From Candidatus Azambacteria bacterium (GTDB taxonomy: Bacteria > Patescibacteriota > Minisyncoccia > GWC2-36-17 > WO2-46-25), in the NCBI GenBank assembly GCA_016234725.1, contig JACRAK010000012.1, positions 10,619 to 74,618 on the forward strand: a DNA stretch of 64,000 bases, in the 5' to 3' direction. Both the position numbers and the translations under genes were made by a program. Below are positions 55,909 to 64,000 of the stretch, piece after piece. Positions within the stretch are counted from its first letter, which is position 1. Every line of letters begins with the position of its first letter. Below the pieces are notes generated by a model that did not search any database, was not told the origin of the DNA, and worked only from the letters and a program-made list of their open reading frames with translations.

Positions 55909-56070
55909 ATTACGAAATGTATTTTTATTTTGCCGCCGTCACCTTCAATTCTTTCTTTTATCTTAACGGAAGCGCAGCCTTTCCATACCTATTATATAAA
56001 TAAAAAGGCGTGAGAGGATGAAAGAAAGAATTGAAGGTGACGGCGGCAGGAAAAGGCGTTGTTTCGTAAT
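55909..56070. repeat. Large inverted repeat (28-bp perfect arms tgccgccgtcaccttcaattctttcttt / aaagaaagaattgaaggtgacggcggca, extended imperfectly), 62-bp centre
   Basis: Arms 55931-55958 and 56021-56048; outer 9-bp attacgaaa/tttcgtaat; between recO and surface-protein gene. Confidence 0.6.
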
Positions 56071-56087
56071 GCAAGGATATAATAAAT

Positions 56088-57974
56088 ATGGATAGTCGTT
56101 TAGAAGAATTCGAAAAAAAATTATACGCGCGCAAGGAGGGCGAGGGGGCGAAGCGCAAAGGATATGAAGCATACAAAGAAGAAGATGCGGTGCGCATGCG
56201 CGGCGGGTGGGAAAAGGACGAGCCGGCCTCTCTTACGGTCGGCGTGAAAAAAATACGCCTCAAGCCGATCATCGCGGTGGCGGTAGTCGCGCTTATGCTG
56301 GGCGGCGGATATTATCTTTTTACGCGCGAACGTCCGTTTGACGTTGCCGGAGTGCGCGGCACCATCGAGGGGCCGGCGCGCGTGTCATCGGGCGACGAGG
56401 TATCCTATGTCATTACCTATCGGAACAATACGAGCGTTGCGTTGCGGGGAGGGAAGGTGGTGTTCACGTGGCCGGAAGGCGCGGTGGTTGCCGAAGGAAG
56501 CGACGGAGCGGCGCGGGAAGCGAAAGAAGAGGTGGGCATGATCGTGCCGGGCCAGGAGAAAAGCGCGACGTTCAAAGGAAGGATATACGGAACACAGGAC
56601 GAGCATAAAGAGATCGCGGTGGTATTTCAGTATACGCCGGAAAATGTTGCGGCGGTATTTGAAGATAAAAAAACGCTGGCCCTTACCATTGCGGCAACGC
56701 CGATCGCGCTCATTATCCAGGCGCCCGGGCAGGCGGTCTCCGGCAAGGAAGTGGAGATCGCGGTGGAGTATCAGAATCAATCCGATGCGCCTTTTTCCGA
56801 CATGACGCTGCGCGCCATATATCCGGAAGGATTTGCTTTTGTGTCCGCCGACCCCGCGCCGTCTTCCGAGAATAATACATGGAAGCTCGGCGCTATAGAA
56901 GGAAGGGAGAGCGGGAAAATAAAGATCAAAGGGAGTTTCTCCGGCGCGCAAGGAGAAGCGAAGTCGGTGTACATGGAGCTTGGTATTGTGGGGGACAACG
57001 GTGCGTTCGCGCAGTATGCGCGCGCCGACAGCGCGGTGACCATTGCATCGTCCGCGCTCTTTGTGTTTTTGACCGCGAACGACTCACGGGATTACGTAGC
57101 AAATCCCGGGGGGTCGATAAAATTTAAGGTGCACTACAAGAACACCACGAATGTGCAGATCCCGAATGTCACAATATTGGCGAACATTGACGACACATAC
57201 ATAGATATCAGGACGTTGTCCGTGCAATGGGGGTATGTTGATGGAAGAACGAATTCGATCATATGGAATCCTGTCAGTGTGCCGGAGCTCGCGGTGCTTG
57301 ATCCGAAAGAAGAAGGCGTTGTGTCGTTTTCCGCCACAGTGAAACCGTCGTTTTTGCCAAAGAGCTTTTCAGACAAAAACTTGAAGGTGTCCGCGCGTAC
57401 GCGCATCACCGCCTCAGCGCAACCGGAAAGCTTGAAAGGGCTGCCGCTTGAAAGCGAGGATACCGTCAGCGTAAAGATCAACACGCAATTTTCATTCAAC
57501 GAAAAAGCATATTTCCAGGACGGGTTTCTTTTAAACACCGGTCCGCTTCCCCCTACGGTTGGCCAACGCACCACGTATGGGATATCATGGCAGCTGTCGA
57601 GCACCATCAACGATGTTGACGAAGTTGAAGCGACCGCGGTAATTCCGCCGAATGTCGAATGGACGGGGAAGGTGTATCCTCAGGATGCGAATATCACGTA
57701 TGATCCCGATAGGGGGATCATACGATGGAAGCCGGGAAAGGTGTTTGCAGGGACCAGCAATCTTATTTCTCCTGTGCGGGTTGATTTTCAGCTTGCGTTT
57801 ACGCCTGCGGACGTGCATGTGGGCCAAGTGATCAATCTGGTTTCCGGCGCAACATTGAAGGCGGTAGATGCGTTCACCGGTACGCAGATGGAGCGGCAGG
57901 TGTCTCCGGTCAACACGGATCTGCTAAACTCCCTGAAGGGGGAGCAAGGGCGGGTTATCGGGACAGGCATATAA
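56088..57974 (+). CDS. Membrane-anchored surface protein with tandem beta-sandwich (DUF11/CARDB-like) repeats
   Basis: Charged N-term, single TM (IIAVAVVALMLGGGYYLF), repetitive extracytoplasmic Ser/Thr/Val-rich domains. Confidence 0.4.
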   Translation: MDSRLEEFEKKLYARKEGEGAKRKGYEAYKEEDAVRMRGGWEKDEPASLTVGVKKIRLKPIIAVAVVALMLGGGYYLFTRERPFDVAGVRGTIEGPARVSSGDEVSYVITYRNNTSVALRGGKVVFTWPEGAVVAEGSDGAAREAKEEVGMIVPGQEKSATFKGRIYGTQDEHKEIAVVFQYTPENVAAVFEDKKTLALTIAATPIALIIQAPGQAVSGKEVEIAVEYQNQSDAPFSDMTLRAIYPEGFAFVSADPAPSSENNTWKLGAIEGRESGKIKIKGSFSGAQGEAKSVYMELGIVGDNGAFAQYARADSAVTIASSALFVFLTANDSRDYVANPGGSIKFKVHYKNTTNVQIPNVTILANIDDTYIDIRTLSVQWGYVDGRTNSIIWNPVSVPELAVLDPKEEGVVSFSATVKPSFLPKSFSDKNLKVSARTRITASAQPESLKGLPLESEDTVSVKINTQFSFNEKAYFQDGFLLNTGPLPPTVGQRTTYGISWQLSSTINDVDEVEATAVIPPNVEWTGKVYPQDANITYDPDRGIIRWKPGKVFAGTSNLISPVRVDFQLAFTPADVHVGQVINLVSGATLKAVDAFTGTQMERQVSPVNTDLLNSLKGEQGRVIGTGI

Positions 57975-57988
57975 GATAAACACATACC

Positions 57989-59389
57989 ATGGCAGGGCAA
58001 ACAACATTGGAAGACATCGTTTCGCTGTGCAAGCGGCGAGGGTTCGTGTATCCGTCGTCCGAGATCTACGGCGGGTTTGCCGGCGTGTATGACTACGGGC
58101 ATTACGGCGTGTTGCTGAAAAACAATATTCAGGCGGCATGGTGGCGGCACATGGTGCAGCTGCGCGACGATGTGTACGGGCTCGACAGCGCCATCTTCAT
58201 GCACCCAAAAACGTGGGTGGCATCCGGCCATGTCGGCGGCTTTAACGACCCGCAGATCGATTGCAGGAAATGCAAGAACCGCATGCGCGCGGATCATGTG
58301 CTTGAGGCGTTCGGCATCAACGCCGATAAGGCGACGATCGAATACATTAATACCGAGCTCGACAAGCTGAAAGAGAAAAAAGCATTGAAATGCGCGAACT
58401 GCGGATCTTCCGATCTGACGCCGGCACGGGTCTTTTCGCTCATGGTGAAATCAAATCTCGGCTCTCCGACCGAGGAGTTGAGCGATGAGAACGCGGCATA
58501 CCTCCGCCCGGAAACGTGCGGCGGTATTTATCTGGAATACAAAAACACCATTGATTCTTTGCATCCGAAGCTGCCGTTTGGGATCGCGCAGGTGGGGAAG
58601 GCGTTCCGCAATGAGATCGTTGCCCGCCAATTCGTGTTCCGCACCCGGGAGTTCGAGCAAATGGAGATGCAGTATTTTTTGCATCCCGATGACATGAAAA
58701 AAAGCTACGAGATGTGGAAGCAGGAGCGGTGGCGATGGTATCTGGCGTACGGGATCCCACAGGAGAAGATACGATGGTACCAGCACGAGAAGCTCGCGCA
58801 CTACGCGTCGGAAGCGTACGATATCGAGTTTTCGTTCTCGTCGCTCGGCGGCTTTAAGGAGGTTGAAGGCATCCATGCGCGCGGCGATTGGGACTTGTCA
58901 CAGCACGCAAAGCATTCCGGCGCCGACCTGTCGTATACGGATGAAACGACCAAACAGAAATTCATTCCGCATATCATGGAAACGTCCGTCGGGCTGGGGC
59001 GATTGTTTTTGATGTTCATTGATCACGCGTATACGCAAGAAGAGGTGAACGGAGAAACGCGGACGGTGCTGAAGCTCGATAAGCGCCTCGCTCCCGTGAA
59101 GGCTGCGGTGTTTCCGCTGTTGCGCAACAAGCCGGAGCTCGTGAGCAAAGCGCGCGAGGTATACGACCTGCTGAAAGGCGTGTTCATGTGCGAGTTCGAC
59201 GACAACGGCAACATCGGCAAGCGCTACCGGAGGCAGGACGAAATAGGCACGCCATGGTGCCTTACCATTGATTTTCAAACACTGGAAGACGGCACGATCA
59301 CCGTGCGCGACCGCGACACGCTCGCGCAGGAGCGCGTGGCGATCGCCGATTGCGTTGCATATCTAAAGGAACGCTATGAATCCCGTTAG
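57989..59389 (+). CDS. glyQS: Glycine--tRNA ligase (dimeric alpha2 type)
   Basis: MAGQTTLEDIVSLCKRRGFVYPSSEIYGGFAGVYDYG… class II motifs. Confidence 0.9.
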   Translation: MAGQTTLEDIVSLCKRRGFVYPSSEIYGGFAGVYDYGHYGVLLKNNIQAAWWRHMVQLRDDVYGLDSAIFMHPKTWVASGHVGGFNDPQIDCRKCKNRMRADHVLEAFGINADKATIEYINTELDKLKEKKALKCANCGSSDLTPARVFSLMVKSNLGSPTEELSDENAAYLRPETCGGIYLEYKNTIDSLHPKLPFGIAQVGKAFRNEIVARQFVFRTREFEQMEMQYFLHPDDMKKSYEMWKQERWRWYLAYGIPQEKIRWYQHEKLAHYASEAYDIEFSFSSLGGFKEVEGIHARGDWDLSQHAKHSGADLSYTDETTKQKFIPHIMETSVGLGRLFLMFIDHAYTQEEVNGETRTVLKLDKRLAPVKAAVFPLLRNKPELVSKAREVYDLLKGVFMCEFDDNGNIGKRYRRQDEIGTPWCLTIDFQTLEDGTITVRDRDTLAQERVAIADCVAYLKERYESR

Positions 59390-59486
59390 AAGTCCTTGGC
59401 ATAAAATTTCTTAGAAATTTTATGCGAGACAGCAACAGGGGAAACACGCAAAACATTATTTTTTTCATGACAATGATACTATTAAA

Positions 59487-60791
59487 ATGCGAACTTCTAA
59501 CGGGATGAAAAATAAACTTACGTATCGAAAAACAACGCTCGAAAACGGATTACGCATCATCACCATTCCTATGCGAAACACGTCTACTGTGGCTTCCATG
59601 GTGTTCGTGAAAACCGGGTCGCGGTATGAGCAAAAAAAAGAGAACGGCATTTCGCATGTGTTGGAACATATGTTTTTCGAAGGGACGAAAAAGAGGCCAA
59701 GCAGCATGAGCGTGAATAGAGAGCTCGACAGGGTGGGGGCGGTGAAAAATGCGTATACGTCAAACGACCACACCGCATATTATGTGAAGACGGACGCAAA
59801 ACACTTCGACTTAGGGCTGGATGTTTTGTCGGATATGTACCTTCATTCATTATTCCGTCCGGCATCTATTGAAAAAGAGCGGCGGGTGGTGGTGGAGGAG
59901 ATCCGCATGTATAAAGACACGCCACAGCGGCAGGTATGGGATAATTTTTCCCAACTCCTGTATCCCGACAATTCGCTCGGGCGGTCTGTTCTCGGCCCCG
60001 AGAGCACGGTGTTGTCGCTTACGCGCGCAAACCTTCTTTCATATTTAAAAGAGTTTTATGTTGCGCAAAATACGACAGTGGTGATCGCGGGGAATATTGA
60101 TGAACATGCGGCGATCGCGAAAGTGAAGCGCTATTTTAAAACCATAAGAACGGGAAAACCCTCTGTGTTTTCGCCGGTGGGCGGTCGGCAGGAAAAACCG
60201 CGCGTGCATGTGGAATATAAAAAAATAGATCAGGCGCATCTTGTGCTTGGCGCGCAGGGGTATGCGATCGGCGATAAACGGCGACATGCGCTTGAGGTGC
60301 TTGAGGCGATCTTGGGCGGATATTTCAGCTCGCGGCTTATGACGTCGGTGCGGGACACATTAGGCCTTGCGTATTATGTCGGCGCTGATGCGGATCATCA
60401 CGAAGATACGGGGTCGTTTTCGGCATATGCGGGCATCAATCTTGCAAAGGTGGAGCTCGGCATTACCGCGATCTTGAAGGAGTTTGAAAAAGTACGAACG
60501 CGCGTCGTTCCGAAAAAAGAGATCGATGATGCGAAAACCCACATTGAGGGAGCGTTGAGCTTGCAGTTGGAATTGTCCAACAGCGTTGCACTCGGCGCGG
60601 GGTGGTCAGAGGTGCTGTCGGGGCGCATCGAAACGCCAAAGGAGTATATGCGAAAGATCAAAGCGGTGACCGCAGCGGATATCCGCGCGGTCGCCAACGA
60701 CGTATTGAGGCCGCAGAGCATGAATCTTGCCATTATCGGCCCGTTTAAAGAAAAAGATATAAAACGTTTTCAGGCGTTGCTTCACATATAA
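59487..60791 (+). CDS. M16 family (insulinase-like) zinc peptidase
   Basis: Inverted zinc motif HVLEHMFFEGT (HxxEH). Confidence 0.75.
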   Translation: MRTSNGMKNKLTYRKTTLENGLRIITIPMRNTSTVASMVFVKTGSRYEQKKENGISHVLEHMFFEGTKKRPSSMSVNRELDRVGAVKNAYTSNDHTAYYVKTDAKHFDLGLDVLSDMYLHSLFRPASIEKERRVVVEEIRMYKDTPQRQVWDNFSQLLYPDNSLGRSVLGPESTVLSLTRANLLSYLKEFYVAQNTTVVIAGNIDEHAAIAKVKRYFKTIRTGKPSVFSPVGGRQEKPRVHVEYKKIDQAHLVLGAQGYAIGDKRRHALEVLEAILGGYFSSRLMTSVRDTLGLAYYVGADADHHEDTGSFSAYAGINLAKVELGITAILKEFEKVRTRVVPKKEIDDAKTHIEGALSLQLELSNSVALGAGWSEVLSGRIETPKEYMRKIKAVTAADIRAVANDVLRPQSMNLAIIGPFKEKDIKRFQALLHI

Positions 60792-61061
60792 TTATGCAGA
60801 ACTCATTTCAATACTCTTTCCTGCCGCGATACGTGTCCATGCTGTGTCGGGACAAGGAGCGACGACGAAGGAGTAGTTTTCACTACTTCAAGGAGGAGCG
60901 ACGCCGTATCCGGCACAGCATGGCCGTATCCCGAAGGGTTCTGGCGATTTTCATTCATCGCTTCGTTGCTCCTCGTCATGGTAATATAATTAGCATTTCC
61001 TCGTCGCGCCTCGCGAGTGAAAGAAAATCGCTCAAGAACGCGGCTAGGAAATAGTATTAAA

Positions 61062-62444
61062 ATGAGTTCTACTCAATATCCAAAACTTACGTTTTACGGC
61101 GGCGCGGGGGCGGTGACAGGTGCGTGTTATTTACTCGAAACGGCGCACACGAAGATCATCATCGATTGCGGGATGTTCCAAGGGTCGCGTTTTTCCGAAA
61201 CGCTCAACAGCGATCCGTTTCCGTTCGATCCTAAAGAGCTCAAGGCGGCGCTCATCACCCACGCGCATATCGACCATACCGGGCGCCTGCCGAAGCTGTG
61301 CAAGGACGGATTTAGCGGGAACATCCACGCGACCATGCCGACGCTTGATTTTACGAAAGCGCTTCTGATCGATTCGCAGCATGTGATCGCGATGGAGGCG
61401 AAACATGAAGGGCAAGAACCGTTCTATACCGAGAAAGACGTCGAGCTTGTGTTCGCGCTTGTCAAGCCCGTCGAATACGGAATGATGGTGCATATTGCCG
61501 AAGATATGGCATGTAAGTTCTACGATGCGGGGCATATTTTAGGGTCCTCTATGATCGAGGTGTTCGTCACGGTGGGGGATAAAAAAACAAAGATCGTGTT
61601 CACGGGCGACCTCGGCAATTCACCCGGACCGTTGTTGCGCGATACGCACAAGGAAACCGAAGCGGATTACGTCGTGATCGAATCGGCGTACGGCGACCGG
61701 TTGCATGAAGGGGAAGGAGAGAGGAAAGACACCTTGGAAGACATTATTGAAGAAACGGCTGCCGCAGGCGGCGTGCTTATGATCCCGGCGTTTGCCACCG
61801 AGCGCACGCAAGAGCTGTTGTACGAATTCAACGAGCTTGTGGAGCATGACCGCATTCCGAAAATGCCGGTGTTCATCGATTCTCCGCTCGCGATAAAGAT
61901 CACGGAAGTGTATAAGCGCTACTCGTCGTTTTACGATGAAGAGGCGTTGCGCCTGCTGAAGTCGGGCGATGAGATATTCAGTTTTCCCGGGTTGAAATTC
62001 ACGCCGACCATCGAGGATTCCAAGCGCATCAACAGCGTGCCGCCGCCCAAGATCATTTTAGCGGGTTCCGGCATGTCGCACGGCGGGAGGATCGTGTATC
62101 ACGAAAAATTATATCTGCCCGACCCCAAGAGCACGCTGCTTATCATCGGGTACCAGATCAAGGGATCGCTCGGGAGACGGCTGCTTGACGGAGAAAAAAC
62201 GGTACGGATCCACGGCGATGAGGTGACTGTCCGCGCGAGGATCAGGCAGATCTCGGGGTATTCGGCGCACGCCGACCAGCAAGGGCTGTATCGGTGGGTG
62301 GAGCCGATGCGGCTGTCGATCAAGAAATTGTTCGTGGTGCAAGGGGAGGAGAGCGCATCAGAGACCTTTGCGCAGATCGTGAAAGATCAGCTGGCGATAG
62401 ATGCGATCGCGCCGAAGGTCGGCGACTCGTTTGTTTTGGAATAG
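61062..62444 (+). CDS. MBL-fold beta-CASP ribonuclease (RNase J / CPSF-like)
   Basis: HAHIDHTG (HxHxDH) and beta-CASP motifs; start set at MSSTQYPKLTFYGG. Confidence 0.7.
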   Translation: MSSTQYPKLTFYGGAGAVTGACYLLETAHTKIIIDCGMFQGSRFSETLNSDPFPFDPKELKAALITHAHIDHTGRLPKLCKDGFSGNIHATMPTLDFTKALLIDSQHVIAMEAKHEGQEPFYTEKDVELVFALVKPVEYGMMVHIAEDMACKFYDAGHILGSSMIEVFVTVGDKKTKIVFTGDLGNSPGPLLRDTHKETEADYVVIESAYGDRLHEGEGERKDTLEDIIEETAAAGGVLMIPAFATERTQELLYEFNELVEHDRIPKMPVFIDSPLAIKITEVYKRYSSFYDEEALRLLKSGDEIFSFPGLKFTPTIEDSKRINSVPPPKIILAGSGMSHGGRIVYHEKLYLPDPKSTLLIIGYQIKGSLGRRLLDGEKTVRIHGDEVTVRARIRQISGYSAHADQQGLYRWVEPMRLSIKKLFVVQGEESASETFAQIVKDQLAIDAIAPKVGDSFVLE

Positions 62445-62473
62445 GGCGCGTGGTATCATTGAGTAAAACACCT

Positions 62474-63064
62474 ATGGTTTCATCACCAAAATATAAGATA
62501 TGCGTATCGGGCGCCGCGGAATCAACGCATTGCGGCGCGGCCGTGCTTGCGCTCGCCGAAGAGATCGGACGGGAGATCGTACGGCAGGGGGCGGTGCTCG
62601 TGACCGGCGCGACGTCAGGCATTCCGTATTGGGCGGCAAAAGGCGCGAAGGCGGAAGGAGGGATCTCGATCGGCCTGTCCCCGGCGGCTTCCGAGCTTGC
62701 GCATGTGAAAGCGTACAAGCTCCCGATCGATTACTTCGATCTCATTATTTATACCGGGTTTGATTATTCGGGAAGGAATTTGCTTCTCACGCGCGCGGCG
62801 GACGCGGTGATCACGATCTGCGGGCGCATGGGCACGCTGAACGAATTCACCATCGCATTTGAAGACCGCAAGCCGCAAGGAGTGCTTATCGGCACCGGCG
62901 GCACCGCTGATTATCTGAAGAACATCATTGATAAGATGCATCGGGGCCCCGGGAAAGTGGTGTATCATAAAGAACCGAAAAAACTTGTCGCAGAAGTGAT
63001 CAAGCTTATCAGCAAGGATCAGAGAATGAAAACAGAACCGTCAAAGCGGAGAAATTCGTCATAA
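62474..63064 (+). CDS. LOG/TIGR00725-like Rossmann-fold protein
   Basis: VTGATSGIPYWAAKGA … CGRMGTLNEF (LOG GGGxGxM … PGGxGTxxE pattern). Confidence 0.45.
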   Translation: MVSSPKYKICVSGAAESTHCGAAVLALAEEIGREIVRQGAVLVTGATSGIPYWAAKGAKAEGGISIGLSPAASELAHVKAYKLPIDYFDLIIYTGFDYSGRNLLLTRAADAVITICGRMGTLNEFTIAFEDRKPQGVLIGTGGTADYLKNIIDKMHRGPGKVVYHKEPKKLVAEVIKLISKDQRMKTEPSKRRNSS

Positions 63065-63079
63065 CCATTCATCATCGGT

Positions 63080-63532
63080 ATGCTCGACACCCATCAATTT
63101 TCCATGATCGTCTCGCTTGTCGTTGCGGCGACACTCGGGTTCATTGTCGGCATAGAGCGCGAATTCGTGCGGAAAGAAGCGGGCATCAAAACATATGCGC
63201 TGGTCACGCTCGGCGCCGCATTGTTCACGGTCATTTCATTCGACCCGAATTTTCCCGACCCTTCCCGCATCATCGCGCAGATCGTCACCGGCATCGGTTT
63301 TATCGGCGCGGGGATCATCATTTTCCATCAAAACAAGATACACGGACTCACGACCGCCGCGGGGTTGTGGACGATGGCGGGGGTGGGGGTCGCCGCCGGT
63401 ATGCGGTATTACACGCTTGCGGTCGCGGGCACGCTCATCGTGCTTTTTATCCTTCTCGCGTTACGGAAACTCAAGATCGAGGACCGGATCCATGCTTTTG
63501 TCGGCATACAAGATGAGGAGGAGAAGCAATAG
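63080..63532 (+). CDS. MgtC/SapB family membrane protein
   Basis: …ATLGFIVGIEREFVRKEAGIKTYALV… canonical MgtC N-term. Confidence 0.75.
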   Translation: MLDTHQFSMIVSLVVAATLGFIVGIEREFVRKEAGIKTYALVTLGAALFTVISFDPNFPDPSRIIAQIVTGIGFIGAGIIIFHQNKIHGLTTAAGLWTMAGVGVAAGMRYYTLAVAGTLIVLFILLALRKLKIEDRIHAFVGIQDEEEKQ

Positions 63533-63553
63533 TTAAACAGGGAGCGAAAATAT

Positions 63554-64000
63554 ATGAAAATGATCGTATTCGGGAACGCGCGGTACGGGGTCGCAACGCT
63601 CGTGGGAACGATCATCGGCGTGGGTATTTTCGGGCTGCCGTACGCGGCATCCAAGGCGGGGTTTTTTACCCAGCTTTTTTATTTAGGCGCATTTGCGGGA
63701 GTGTTCGTACTGCTTCATCTCATGTTCGGTGAGATCATGCTGCGCACCACACAGCGGCATCGTCTTGCGGGATATGTGGGGGTGTATTTTGGCGATGCGG
63801 CAAAAAAATTCATCGAGCTCATCACGGTCGTGGGAACGCTTGGCGGCATGCTCGCATATCTTTTGGTCGGCGGGCTGTTCTTAAAAACGCTGACGGGGGG
63901 CGTATTCGGCGGCATCGAGCAGCATTATATCGTTTTTTGGGCGCTGTTGAGTTTTGTGCTGTTCTCGGGATTAAAAATGGTTGAGCGGACGGAGGCCATC
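63554..64000 (+). CDS. Amino-acid permease (aromatic amino acid/TnaB-Mtr-TyrP-like), 5' partial to window end
   Basis: SD agggag; VGTIIGVGIFGLPYAASKAG motif; runs off the window. Confidence 0.5.
   Translation, partial: MKMIVFGNARYGVATLVGTIIGVGIFGLPYAASKAGFFTQLFYLGAFAGVFVLLHLMFGEIMLRTTQRHRLAGYVGVYFGDAAKKFIELITVVGTLGGMLAYLLVGGLFLKTLTGGVFGGIEQHYIVFWALLSFVLFSGLKMVERTEAI

Noticed and set aside
55958-56272. 104-aa ORF (-) across the large inverted repeat
   Set aside because: Spans both arms of a perfect palindrome; no RBS. Treated as noncoding.
60794-61054. 86-aa ORF between the M16 peptidase and the RNase J-like gene
   Set aside because: No SD, Arg-rich low-complexity product, sits in a repetitive GC-rich spacer; more likely noncoding leader.
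1-64000. CRISPR arrays, rRNA and tRNA genes
   Set aside because: No regularly spaced direct repeats with unique spacers. The repeated elements found are irregular and gene-associated. No rRNA-like conserved blocks or cloverleaf tRNAs recognised in intergenic regions.

Overview
Bacterial chromosomal window containing the replication-origin neighbourhood (yidC-rnpA-rpmH <-> dnaA-dnaN-DciA-like), followed by housekeeping genes: PBP1A, ruvC/yebC/ruvB, a GspE/PilB ATPase, trpS, argS, polA, ileS, recO, glyQS, infC-rpmI-rplT, ssrA/smpB, a Zn ABC transporter and an RNase J-like gene. From about 14.2 kb to 39.2 kb the composition is markedly more AT-rich than either flank, which looks like an accessory island. 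The most interesting part of that island (about 21.7-33.9 kb) holds three paralogous modules. Each has a radical-SAM/SPASM enzyme plus a small SD-preceded peptide (two Cys-rich SCIFF/ranthipeptide-like, one His/aromatic-rich) plus an HExxH putative metallopeptidase. A ~125-bp conserved intergenic element with GGCGGAA-N5-GGCGGAA direct repeats and a TTGAAA-N17-TATGAT promoter sits upstream of three + strand genes (two HExxH proteins and a methyltransferase plus 7TM histidine kinase); two of its copies lie between those genes and the minus-strand rSAM operons. Other notable items: ileS carries an in-frame histidine-phosphatase (RHG...GHE, PGAM-like) domain insertion; a chorismate-mutase-like::methyltransferase fusion; a duplicated histidine-kinase 3' end bracketing a 4.1-kb AT-rich cassette; an IS200/IS605-family (RAYT-like) transposase flanked by REP-like hairpins and by a 60-bp duplication of the neighbouring gene's 3' end; a strongly promoted ~200-nt unclassified sRNA candidate; duplicated about 145-nt long-stem structures sequestering the AUGs of rpmI and rplT; and a tmRNA with an atypical tag. 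No CRISPR array, rRNA or tRNA was seen. All calls are from reading the sequence and ORF translations; no database search was possible.
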